A stretch of DNA of 64,000 nucleotides, taken from Spirochaetaceae bacterium (GTDB lineage: Bacteria > Spirochaetota > Spirochaetia > DSM-2461). This document shows, piece after piece, positions 28,438 to 37,776 of this stretch. Made by a program: the position numbers and the translations under genes. The notes beneath the pieces were generated by a model. It saw only the letters and a program-made list of their open reading frames with translations. It made no database searches and was not told the DNA's origin. Numbering within the stretch: position 1 is the stretch's first letter; every line of letters begins with the position of its first letter. The stretch is taken from the NCBI GenBank assembly GCA_051531975.1, contig JAOPTT010000008.1:64001-128000 (forward strand), written 5' to 3'.

Positions 28438-30344
28438 TTGCTTTTAATCCTTTCAACTACTTGTTTATGCCTTACTTCATCTGATTTTTCAATAACATAC
28501 TTAACAATAGAATCAGAGTCCAATTTACACATCTTTTTCAGTTCAGCTCTTGTTCCGTGGGTCAAAAAGTTATTATCAACACCTAAAACATAGATTGATT
28601 TTTGACTCTCTCCAGCTATGCATTTAATATCTTGCCCTACTCCACCAGTTATTACGCCATCTTCTAATATAACAATCATGTTGTATGACTTAATAGTGTT
28701 TAGTATTACTTTAGTATCTAATGGTGTTATAAATCTAAGGGAATATATATCGGCATCAAAACCCTTATCTTCTAGTTTACTAGATGCTTCTTTAGCTTCA
28801 GAAAGAAGTTCTCCATAACATATAATCAAAATATTAAATTTGTTTTTACTAAAAAGAACACCTCTATTTGGAACTAATGGGCTATCTAATACAGTATCTG
28901 ATTCTATAACATAATCTTTACTATATCGTATAACTGAAGGGCCTTTTAAGGTAAGTGCATGGTCAAACATCATAGACATTTCATTCGCTGTGGAAGGTGC
29001 CATTATTGTTATCCCTGGAATACTTTTTAATAAAGAGATATCAAATATACCCTGATGTGCTTCCCCATCGGCTGGAACTATCCCTGCCCGATCTAAAGCA
29101 AATATGACAGATAGTCCTGGTATAGAAATATCATGAATTATCTGATCTATACCTCTTTGGATAAAAGTAGAATAGATGGCTACTACAGGTTTTAACCCAG
29201 AAATTGCCATTCCTGAAGCCAGAGTTACAGCGTGTTCCTCTGTTATCCCAACGTCAAAACTTCTTTTAGGAAACTCTTTAAAAAATGCAGATAGACCTGT
29301 ACCACTCATCATTGCTGCAGTAATAGCAACAATTTTATTATTTTTTCTAGCATTAATCAGTATTGTATTTGCAAATGCATTTGTATAAGTTATTTTAGTC
29401 CCGGGAGTATTAACAACTCCAACTTTAGGATCAAAAGGTTTAACTCCATGATAATCACCTGGTCTTTTTTCAGCTAAAGGATAACCTTTCCCTTTTTTTG
29501 TAATTACATGTAATAAAACTGGTTCATCTAAAAGCTTAACTCTATTTAAAACTCTCTGAAGTTCCTGAATATTATGCCCATCAATAGGTCCAATATATTT
29601 TAAACCTAAATCTGTAAATATATCAGTTTTGTAAAATAATGTTTTAACAGATTTTTTCCATCTCATTACCGATGCATAAAAAGCTTTACCAACAAATGGG
29701 ATATGTAACATTGTCCAGTCTGCAACGTGTTTAAAAGCCTGATAACTTTTAGTTGTTGTCATTTTACTTAATTTTGAAGAGATAGCCCCTACACTACTGT
29801 CTATAGACATATTGTTATCATTTAATATTACTATCATCTTCTTTTTTATGTGTCCTAAATGGTTTAATGCTTCGTAGGCCATTCCACCAGTTAAAGAAGC
29901 ATCTCCTATTATAGGGATTATATAATTAAATTGACCTTGTAATTCTTCACCTAATAATATTCCCATTGCAGATGATATAGAGGTAGAAGCATGACCAGCA
30001 TCGATAAAATCGTGTTTACTCTCATATCTTCTAGTAAATCCACTCATACCACCTAATTGTCTATTAGTACTAAACATATCTTTTCGACCAGTTAATATTT
30101 TATGAGGATAACACTGATGTCCAACATCGAATATGAGCTTGTCTTTAGGGGAATCAAAAACCCTATGTAGAGCAATAGTTAATTCAACTATTCCCATATT
30201 TGATGAAAAGTGACCACCTGTTTTGCTTACATTGTCTATTAGAAATTCTCTGATCTCTTTTGCAAGAGTATTAAGTTCCTTTTGAGTCAGACTTTTAATA
30301 TCAGCCGGGCTCTCAACTTTTGATAATATCTGAAATTCAGACAA
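28431..30344 (-). CDS. dxs: 1-deoxy-D-xylulose-5-phosphate synthase
   Basis: GGHFSSN, DVGHQ, GDASLTGG..NDN, YSTFIQR, DRAG. Confidence 0.97.
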   Translation of the reverse strand: MSEFQILSKVESPADIKSLTQKELNTLAKEIREFLIDNVSKTGGHFSSNMGIVELTIALHRVFDSPKDKLIFDVGHQCYPHKILTGRKDMFSTNRQLGGMSGFTRRYESKHDFIDAGHASTSISSAMGILLGEELQGQFNYIIPIIGDASLTGGMAYEALNHLGHIKKKMIVILNDNNMSIDSSVGAISSKLSKMTTTKSYQAFKHVADWTMLHIPFVGKAFYASVMRWKKSVKTLFYKTDIFTDLGLKYIGPIDGHNIQELQRVLNRVKLLDEPVLLHVITKKGKGYPLAEKRPGDYHGVKPFDPKVGVVNTPGTKITYTNAFANTILINARKNNKIVAITAAMMSGTGLSAFFKEFPKRSFDVGITEEHAVTLASGMAISGLKPVVAIYSTFIQRGIDQIIHDISIPGLSVIFALDRAGIVPADGEAHQGIFDISLLKSIPGITIMAPSTANEMSMMFDHALTLKGPSVIRYSKDYVIESDTVLDSPLVPNRGVLFSKNKFNILIICYGELLSEAKEASSKLEDKGFDADIYSLRFITPLDTKVILNTIKSYNMIVILEDGVITGGVGQDIKCIAGESQKSIYVLGVDNNFLTHGTRAELKKMCKLDSDSIVKYVIEKSDEVRHKQVVERIKSKW

Positions 30345-30389
30345 GGAACTCTCCTTTTAACTTTTTATATATTTAATTTTTTATTAGAT

Positions 30390-30425
30390 AAAAAAATAGA
30401 CAGCCCTATTGAATAAGAGCTGCCT
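30390..30425 (-). terminator. Rho-independent terminator after bS22
   Basis: Minus strand GGCAGCTCT-loop-AGGGCTGTC followed by TATTTTTTT. Confidence 0.75.
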
Positions 30426-30446
30426 TAATGATGTTTAAGTCATAAA

Positions 30447-30536
30447 CTATTTATGCTTATGTCTATTCTTTCTTAGCTTCTTCTTTCTTTTATGAGTCGC
30501 TATTTTTTTTCGCTTTCGCTTTTTACCACAAGGCAC
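30447..30536 (-). CDS. Small ribosomal protein bS22 (AURKAIP1/COX24, mS38-like), not in ORF track
   Basis: AGGAG RBS, GTG start, MPCGKKRKRKKIATHKRKKKLRKNRHKHK*; lies downstream of miaA. Confidence 0.9.
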   Translation of the reverse strand: MPCGKKRKRKKIATHKRKKKLRKNRHKHK

Positions 30537-30575
30537 TGAAATACTCCTACTTTAAACTGTTATAAAACTTAAATC

Positions 30576-30604
30576 ATTATGCAAATGATTCAATGTATAG
30601 TCAA
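30576..30604 (-). promoter_or_regulatory. Sigma-70 promoter of bS22
   Basis: Minus strand TTGACT-N17-CATAAT. Confidence 0.65.
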
Positions 30605-30863
30605 GACTTAGTTCAATAAATAAACAATATTAAAATTGAACATTTTCTTAATTAAAACATAATATAAGTCATAAATGTTAAGAGTTAGTTTAGTAAAATA
30701 GTAATATATTCTATTGCTAAATCAAAATTTAACTCTTACTTGTTAAGAGTTTGTTTATTTATTTAAATAACAATATTAAAATCGAATACAACCTACTATT
30801 AAAACAACCTTTAACTCTTAATTTTCAAGACTTAGTATATTAAAATACAAAAATTAAGTCTTA
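30602..30863. repeat. Array of TAASTCTTA-N5-YAAGASTTA palindromes with interleaved direct repeats
   Basis: Full sites at 30665-30687, 30730-30752 and 30812-30834; half sites at 30602-30610 and 30855-30863; ACAATATTAAAAT occurs twice. Confidence 0.75.
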
Positions 30864-30892
30864 AGTTATTATATATTAAAATAGCATCAAAG

Positions 30893-31855
30893 TCATGATT
30901 CTAAAGAGTTCTTTTTAAGAAACTCATCAACTATTTTTATTAATTCTATCCTTTTTTGGGGATTTACCCAATGAACATCGACAAAAGAGTTAAAAAAAGT
31001 AATTTGACGTTTTGCATAACGCCTAGAATTACGTCTTATCTCCTCTTTTAATTCTTCGATACTCCAACATCCTGATGCCATCATTTGAAAAAATTCGCTA
31101 TAACCTATGCCTTTCATACCAGGATCTGTTGGATTTAAACCCATAGAATACAGATGTTTAAATTCTTCTAATAATCCATCTGAAAACATAATGTCTACAC
31201 GCTGATTGATTCTTTCATACAATTCTACTCTAGGTCTTTCTAGACCTATTATTAAAAAGTTATATCTATCTCTTGGAACAGTTGGTTGTTTACAATCTAA
31301 AATAGATTTACAACTTTGTATAAAGACCTCTAAAGCCCTAGTAACCCTATATGTATCACATGGATTTATCTCTTTTGCTGCTTTTGGGTCAATCTCTTTT
31401 AATTTGTTATACATATGTTCTAAGCTAGTTTTTTTTAATTCAAGTTGGATATTATCCCTAGTTTCTTTACTAATTTCAGGTAACTTTGGAAGTCCATATA
31501 TAAAGTTTTTAAAATAGAATGCTGTTCCACCAGATATTACAGGAATCAAATTTTTATTATAAATTTGCTCTGTTAATACATCTGCTTCTCTAACAAAATC
31601 TGCAACACTAAACTGAATCTGAGGTTGAATTATTGATATTAAATGGTGTGGAATTTCTTTTACATACTGGGGAGTTGGTTTTGCCGACCCAACATCAAGT
31701 CCTTTGTAGACCTGCATGGAATCGGCATTAATAACTTCACCTCTCCCTTTAAAAAGTTCGAGAAGTAACTCTGTTTTCCCAACGGCTGTTGGCCCAAATA
31801 ACAGAATTACAGGTATTTTATCTTTCGTAGTTATATTTAACCCGTCCAGTAACAA
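30893..31855 (-). CDS. miaA: tRNA dimethylallyltransferase
   Basis: GPTAVGKT, DSMQVY..VGSAKP, GGTAFY, YAKRQITF. Confidence 0.96.
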   Translation of the reverse strand: MLLDGLNITTKDKIPVILLFGPTAVGKTELLLELFKGRGEVINADSMQVYKGLDVGSAKPTPQYVKEIPHHLISIIQPQIQFSVADFVREADVLTEQIYNKNLIPVISGGTAFYFKNFIYGLPKLPEISKETRDNIQLELKKTSLEHMYNKLKEIDPKAAKEINPCDTYRVTRALEVFIQSCKSILDCKQPTVPRDRYNFLIIGLERPRVELYERINQRVDIMFSDGLLEEFKHLYSMGLNPTDPGMKGIGYSEFFQMMASGCWSIEELKEEIRRNSRRYAKRQITFFNSFVDVHWVNPQKRIELIKIVDEFLKKNSLES

Positions 31856-32024
31856 TTTCTTTTATAGAAACTGAAACTATTTTACCCATATTGTCGTCTA
31901 ATTCCTTAGAACCTGTTTTAGCTAGTTGTTTAGATCTTGAAATAGCTGCATTTGTTAACTCATAAATGTTATCAGTATTATTAACAAGATTCTCAATAGG
32001 TATGATCATTTTCGTTTCGTCCAT
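31818..32024 (-). CDS. rpoZ: RNA polymerase omega subunit
   Basis: NIYELTNAAISRSKQL..KIVSVSIKEI; lies between cmk and miaA. Start taken at ATG 32024. Confidence 0.8.
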   Translation of the reverse strand: MDETKMIIPIENLVNNTDNIYELTNAAISRSKQLAKTGSKELDDNMGKIVSVSIKEIVTGRVKYNYER

Positions 32025-32086
32025 TAAAGCCCTCTTTTGTACAAAAGTAATTTGCATAATACAGAATTTTTACTTAATTGTAAATG

Positions 32087-32611
32087 CTATTTACCAATAG
32101 CTGCTAAAATAATATTTACAATTTTATCAGGATCAAGGTTATTTACATTAATAACTAGATCGCAAAATCCATAATCGCTATTATCAATGTTATATAATTT
32201 TTTATATCTAGCACTATCTCTTTGATCTCTGACCTTAGTATACGACATAACTGAATCTAAGCTACCACCCTCTCTATTTTGTATTCTACTCGCTCTAACT
32301 TCTAAATCTGCGGTTAAAAAAACTCTTATTGTGGCCTCTTTTAACATCCAAACCGCTAGTCTTGAACCTAAAACACTAGAAGATTCCATAGCCATTTCGA
32401 CCTGTTTTTCATCTACCATATAGTCCCATTTAGAGTCTTTTTCTGCCATTAAACAGAATTCTTTAAAGTCTATACCCAACTCATCTGCTATATTATGGAA
32501 TGTATAATTAACCATTTTACAGTTTAACTTTTGGCTTATAATTTTTGAAACAGTGGTATTTCCACATCCACTCTGACCTGATATGGCTATTCTTATCTCG
32601 TTATTCGACAT
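32087..32611 (-). CDS. cmk: Cytidylate kinase (archaeal/type 2)
   Basis: IAISGQSGCGNTT, GSRLA, RDQRDSARYKKLYNID. Start taken at ATG 32611. Confidence 0.85.
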   Translation of the reverse strand: MSNNEIRIAISGQSGCGNTTVSKIISQKLNCKMVNYTFHNIADELGIDFKEFCLMAEKDSKWDYMVDEKQVEMAMESSSVLGSRLAVWMLKEATIRVFLTADLEVRASRIQNREGGSLDSVMSYTKVRDQRDSARYKKLYNIDNSDYGFCDLVINVNNLDPDKIVNIILAAIGK

Positions 32612-33467
32612 TTCGTGCTTGCTCCCTAATTTGCTCAAGGCTATTTTTCATATTTACAACTAGTTGGCTAATCTCAATTATTGGACTTTTTGAGCCAATT
32701 GTATTTATTTCTCTATTCATCTCTTGGCAGATAAAATCTAATTTTTTCCCACAAGGAATCTCTAAACTACTCTCTTTAAAGTTAATTATATGACTATTTA
32801 ATCTTACTAACTCTTCGTTTATATCGTACTTAACTAATAATACTCCAAGCTCAGATAAGATCCTATTTTCATCAATATCTTGCCCTAAAACTTCTTCAAA
32901 TCGTTCTTTAAAGTTTTGTTTTATTTTAGATTCAATTTTAGGAACAAATGTTTTTAACTGTTCAACATTTTTTGAAATAATGTCTAAAGAACTAAAAATA
33001 TCATCTTTTAATACTATACCTTCTTTGTCTTTTTCTATTTTAAATTGTTCTAAAACAGATATAATTTCTGGTTTAAGCAGATGCCATATTTCATCTATAT
33101 TTCTAGTTTTCTCAGTTTTGACTACACCATCAAAACTCATAATATCAGTAAGTTTTATCTGATCTGTAATATTTGCCTGTTTCATGACACCTTCTAGTCC
33201 AGAGACTACTTCCTTAACAAGTGTCTGGTCTATTATTATTTTAACATCTTCAACTAACTCTTTTATTCTGATATTAAGTTCTACTCGACCTCTAAAAATA
33301 CCCATTTGCTTAACAATATCTCTTATTCTACCTTCAACTTGACCTAACCATGAAGGCATATTTAGAGAAATATCTAGATATTTATTATTATATGCTTTTA
33401 AATCTACAGTAATTCTTGTTTTTTCATTTGAGAACTCGCTAGTTCCATAACCTGTCATACTCTTCAC
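32601..33467 (-). CDS. yicC: YicC/YloC endoribonuclease family protein
   Basis: MKSMTGYG, EELVRL..H, GKKLDF..QEMNREINTIGSK, EQIREQARNVE. Confidence 0.95.
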   Translation of the reverse strand: MKSMTGYGTSEFSNEKTRITVDLKAYNNKYLDISLNMPSWLGQVEGRIRDIVKQMGIFRGRVELNIRIKELVEDVKIIIDQTLVKEVVSGLEGVMKQANITDQIKLTDIMSFDGVVKTEKTRNIDEIWHLLKPEIISVLEQFKIEKDKEGIVLKDDIFSSLDIISKNVEQLKTFVPKIESKIKQNFKERFEEVLGQDIDENRILSELGVLLVKYDINEELVRLNSHIINFKESSLEIPCGKKLDFICQEMNREINTIGSKSPIIEISQLVVNMKNSLEQIREQARNVE

Positions 33468-34909
33468 TGTTTTAGCTCCTTAAATAAAGTTTCCCCTACT
33501 TGCCAGTTATTACCAGCTCCCATAGTTACAAATAGGTCTCCTGGTTTTAGAATCTCTTTTGCTTTTTTAATAGCATCGGAATATTCTGGGCAGAAATATA
33601 CATTTTTATGGTTTTCTTTAGTTTTATTATATAGAGTTTCTCCAGTTACATTACCACTATATCCTTCCCTTGCCGAAGAATATATTTTATTTAATATGAC
33701 AACATCTGCAGAACCAAAAGAAGAGGCAAACTCATCTAATAATTTTGCTGTTCGTGTATATGTATGTGACATAAAATCTACAATTATCCGTCTATTAGGA
33801 TAAAAATCTCTATAACCTTTAAGAGTAGTTTCGACTGCTGTTGGATGGTGTCCATAATCATCAATAAAAAGTATATCGTTTTTAATTCCAATAATTTCTG
33901 TACGTCTTTTTGTTCCACGAAACTTAAACAGTCCTGACTTAATTTCTGCAGATTTAGATTGTGGATTTATTCCTTCTTTCTTTAAAAGTGCCCCAGCAAC
34001 AGCAATTCCACCAGCAGCATCTAAGACTGTATGAAACCCTGGGACTTGTAGTTCAAACTTTTCAGTAAATCCCTCTAATTTAAAAGAGTTAATTCCTTCC
34101 CCACTATCAACTGATGATATCTTATAATCCCCTACTGCTTTTAATCCATAACCAGTATAATTTAGATCTTTACGAATATTCTTTGCCTTAGTTATTAAAT
34201 CTAAGTTTCCTGGGTCATCTGCACAATAAATAACTTCACCACCTAGAGGTAATCGATCTATGTATGATAAAAATGCATCCACAATATCGTTATAATCTTT
34301 AAAATAATCTGGGTGATCCATTTCTAGAGATGTAATTAAAATAATAGATGGATTAAATGTCAAAAAGTGTCTCTGATATTCACATGTCTCTGCAATAAAA
34401 TATCGATTTCCATCAACATTAATTGCGGAGTTATCAAAACTTGGTACTCCTGAACCAACTAAAGTAGAAGCAGGCAGTTTAAGTTCTTTAATTATAGTTC
34501 CTGTTAAAGCTGTGGTTGTAGTTTTACCATGTATACCAGCTATTCCAACTGAGAATGATAATTTTGAGATATAACCTAATGCTTCAGTATAAATAAGTGT
34601 AGGTATTCCAAGATCCTTGGCTTTTATTAGCTCAGGATTAGTCTCTGAACTGTATGCCGAAGAGTGTATGACCATTTTAATATCTGAATTAATATTTTCT
34701 GAATTAAAAAATTTAGGTATAATACCGACCTTATTAAGTATTTCATCAGTAAAAAATCTTTGTTTAACATCAGAACCTTCAATAACGGCTCCTTGTTTTT
34801 TTAATAGTTCTGCAAGGGCTGCCATTCCAGTCCCTTTTATACCTACCATAAATATGTTAAATCCATTTAAGGATCTTGGTAACTCTTTTTCCATACAAGA
34901 TAATATCAT
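33464..34909 (-). CDS. murC: UDP-N-acetylmuramate--L-alanine ligase
   Basis: GIKGTGM, GIHGKTTT, DHPDY, DDYGHHPT, MGAGN. Confidence 0.96.
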   Translation of the reverse strand: MILSCMEKELPRSLNGFNIFMVGIKGTGMAALAELLKKQGAVIEGSDVKQRFFTDEILNKVGIIPKFFNSENINSDIKMVIHSSAYSSETNPELIKAKDLGIPTLIYTEALGYISKLSFSVGIAGIHGKTTTTALTGTIIKELKLPASTLVGSGVPSFDNSAINVDGNRYFIAETCEYQRHFLTFNPSIILITSLEMDHPDYFKDYNDIVDAFLSYIDRLPLGGEVIYCADDPGNLDLITKAKNIRKDLNYTGYGLKAVGDYKISSVDSGEGINSFKLEGFTEKFELQVPGFHTVLDAAGGIAVAGALLKKEGINPQSKSAEIKSGLFKFRGTKRRTEIIGIKNDILFIDDYGHHPTAVETTLKGYRDFYPNRRIIVDFMSHTYTRTAKLLDEFASSFGSADVVILNKIYSSAREGYSGNVTGETLYNKTKENHKNVYFCPEYSDAIKKAKEILKPGDLFVTMGAGNNWQVGETLFKELKQ

Positions 34910-34958
34910 AGTTTTTTGTTCAGTGTAAATTATCTTTAAAGTAGTTTAATTAAATCTA

Positions 34959-36230
34959 TTACAACTTAGGAAACTTCCAATCTTTAACCTTATTAACAGG
35001 TTCATCAAATGGTGGTTTGCCAATTTCTATCGCATTAGTATTTTTAGTCAATATTCCAAGATATCTATCATAACACTCAACAGTAACAATTTTTAGTAGT
35101 TGATTAACTTTTAATATAATCTGATTACCTCCACATGCTGTAGCTATCTCTGAAAAGTCACTATATAATCCTTTTATCTTATTATCTAATTCTTCATCGT
35201 TAAGAATTATTTCTGACATATCTTTATTTACATTTGAAACTATATTATCTATAACTTCTGCATTTGAATCATTCCGGTATAAAACCTCAATTCTCTGCTC
35301 TTCTTTCATCTGAAAAATAATTTGTGTATAATCAATTTTATTCTTTTTAATAAGTTCAGACATCTTTAAAGCTTCTCCAAGATCAGATGGTAATCCATCA
35401 GTTAATAAAATTATTGAATTATGAATATCTCGATCTCTATGATGTAAAATCTTTTTCATGAAACTACTATAATTTGTATCTTTTCTTGGAATTTTAACAT
35501 TATCCATTGGATATTCAACCAAACGACATTTATCCGAAAACACATAGAGATTTATTTTTGTATTCTTAAAACATCTATCTACAAAATCGTATAATGAGTT
35601 CACAGCTGCTAAAGCTAAATCTAGTTTACCTAAATTATCCATACTTTTAGAAAAATCAACTACAATATGTAAATTAACTTCTTTATCATCTGGGATATTA
35701 AACTTATCTTTAACTCTGTTTGTAAGTAGATCGCCAATAGATAATCTAAGATCAGGTTTATGAAACATTGATGGAAGTTCTTCTAAGTCCGAGTCTAATC
35801 CATACATATATGTAAATGAATTATAATTATCTTTTATTAGAAATTCTTTCTCTACTTTATTACCTGAAATAATAGGTATATCTAGTTGCTCATCTAACCC
35901 AAGATTCCGTAGTACCATCTTTTTTTCTGCCTGAAAGTTATCTCTTATTTGATTAAACTTTGGTATAAATTTAGTATTACTTTTTAACTGATTTGCTAAA
36001 TCATATGGATTAAAATTAAAAACTGCATCAGCAATTAATACTTCATTTTGTTCTAAAAACTTATATTTATGTAATAATGTAGTTATCAATTCATCTGTTA
36101 ATACAGGGAAATTCATTAGTTCGGGTAGAGGGTGATCACCGACAGTAATGCCACCTAAAATAATTGCCCCTGGTCTAAGTTGTCGCCAACGAACTTTTCT
36201 TATTCCTGAAAGACCATCTAAAGTAAACAT
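34959..36230 (-). CDS. VWA-domain protein with an intact MIDAS
   Basis: VVDFSKSM (DxSxS), TNY, LLTDG; no signal peptide. Confidence 0.75.
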   Translation of the reverse strand: MFTLDGLSGIRKVRWRQLRPGAIILGGITVGDHPLPELMNFPVLTDELITTLLHKYKFLEQNEVLIADAVFNFNPYDLANQLKSNTKFIPKFNQIRDNFQAEKKMVLRNLGLDEQLDIPIISGNKVEKEFLIKDNYNSFTYMYGLDSDLEELPSMFHKPDLRLSIGDLLTNRVKDKFNIPDDKEVNLHIVVDFSKSMDNLGKLDLALAAVNSLYDFVDRCFKNTKINLYVFSDKCRLVEYPMDNVKIPRKDTNYSSFMKKILHHRDRDIHNSIILLTDGLPSDLGEALKMSELIKKNKIDYTQIIFQMKEEQRIEVLYRNDSNAEVIDNIVSNVNKDMSEIILNDEELDNKIKGLYSDFSEIATACGGNQIILKVNQLLKIVTVECYDRYLGILTKNTNAIEIGKPPFDEPVNKVKDWKFPKL

Positions 36231-36315
36231 AATTCCTCCACTTTTTTATACTTTTAATCTTAAGTATAGCACTTTATAATGTATATGTTTTATACTATCT
36301 GTAAGAGAGAAAAAA

Positions 36316-37776
36316 ATGATGAAAAAAATGATATTTATATTGGTCTTATTAGTAACTTTTAATCTTTTTAGTGAAACAAAATCCTTTGATGATCTATTCA
36401 AATCTAGAAATAGTCTGTTTAACAATATGTTTAATAATAAAATTGAAGCATATGAACATGAAGTTAGTAAAAGGGACCAGGAGTTTAATAAAAGACTTAA
36501 AGAGTCCTGGGATAATTTTAAAGTAGAAGTTAATAAAGACCTTATAGGTCCTAAACCTAAAGCACTGCCTAAAGATAAGGAAGAAGATATTGTATTCAAG
36601 GATGAGACACCAATAAAGGTTGCACCAATAGAACCTATCGATAAACCTGTAATTGTAGTTCCTATAAAAAAGTTTGAATATAAAAGTAGTACTACATCAA
36701 TAAAACTTGACTATTTTGGAGAGGACTTAACATATAAGATTCCAAAAGATCTAAATAAAATTAGTCTTTGGAAGGTAGATAACGATAATATTAGTGAGAA
36801 CTGGCAGAAGTTATCAAAAACTGAGTATGCCCCATTTATTACTCAAATCCAAAATGACATTGCAAAACTAAATCTTGAAATATGGGGAATATATAAACTT
36901 GTAGAAAATATAAGTAGTAAAATATATAAAAACAATAATGATATTGTGATGTCTACAGCTTTTATTATGACCCAGTTGCAAATAAATTGTAAAGTTGCTT
37001 ATTCAGGAAATAAAACATATACATTATTACCATTTAAAGGAACGATATATGGTAAAACTTACCTAACAATAAAAGGTACTAAATACTATATAATGTCATC
37101 TGTAAAAGGTAGGCTTAAAAACATATATACATACACTGCAGAGTTTCCTGGTGTAAACAAAGAACTTGATCTTCAGATCAAAAAGTTCCCACTTCTTAAA
37201 GAGGATATAGTTAAAAAGATATTAACTTTTAAGTATAAAGGAACTACTAATAAAGTGAATATTTCATACAATAAAACACTTGTTAGATATTTTGAAAATT
37301 ATCCACAAATTGATTATTTAAACTATTTCAATTCAGAACTATTTTATAGAAGTAAAAAGGATTTATTAACTTCCTTAAAACCATTTATTAGTGGAAAATC
37401 TGAATCTGAAGCTGTTAACATTTTGTTACATTTTGTTCAAAAGTCATTTGATTATAAAACAGATGGGGATCAGTTTAATAGAGAAAAACCTTTTTTCCCT
37501 GAAGAGACCTTGCATTATCGTTATTCTGACTGTGAAGATCGGGCAGTTCTATTTTCCTACTTAGTAAAAAAAATGTTAAAGCTAGAAGTTCTAGGTTTAA
37601 AATATCCAAATCATATGTCGACAGCTGTTTTATTAAAAGAACCAGTAGGAGACACGGTTATGTATAAAAATAAAAAATATACAATTACTGATCCTACATA
37701 TATTAATAGTAATATAGGTAGTGCTATGCCATCTTATAAAAATCTTAGACCTGAGATAATTGGAGTAAAACCTTGA
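36316..37776 (+). CDS. Exported protein with a transglutaminase-like Cys-His-Asp domain
   Basis: Signal peptide; SDCEDRAVLF, YPNHMSTAV, ITDPTY. Confidence 0.8.
   Translation: MMKKMIFILVLLVTFNLFSETKSFDDLFKSRNSLFNNMFNNKIEAYEHEVSKRDQEFNKRLKESWDNFKVEVNKDLIGPKPKALPKDKEEDIVFKDETPIKVAPIEPIDKPVIVVPIKKFEYKSSTTSIKLDYFGEDLTYKIPKDLNKISLWKVDNDNISENWQKLSKTEYAPFITQIQNDIAKLNLEIWGIYKLVENISSKIYKNNNDIVMSTAFIMTQLQINCKVAYSGNKTYTLLPFKGTIYGKTYLTIKGTKYYIMSSVKGRLKNIYTYTAEFPGVNKELDLQIKKFPLLKEDIVKKILTFKYKGTTNKVNISYNKTLVRYFENYPQIDYLNYFNSELFYRSKKDLLTSLKPFISGKSESEAVNILLHFVQKSFDYKTDGDQFNREKPFFPEETLHYRYSDCEDRAVLFSYLVKKMLKLEVLGLKYPNHMSTAVLLKEPVGDTVMYKNKKYTITDPTYINSNIGSAMPSYKNLRPEIIGVKP

Noticed and set aside
30602..30863. 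CRISPR array or oriC interpretation of the repeat region
   Set aside because: Repeats are degenerate with irregular spacing, the intervening blocks are themselves similar, and no cas genes are present. There are no TTATCCACA boxes, no dnaA/dnaN, and no gene-strand switch.
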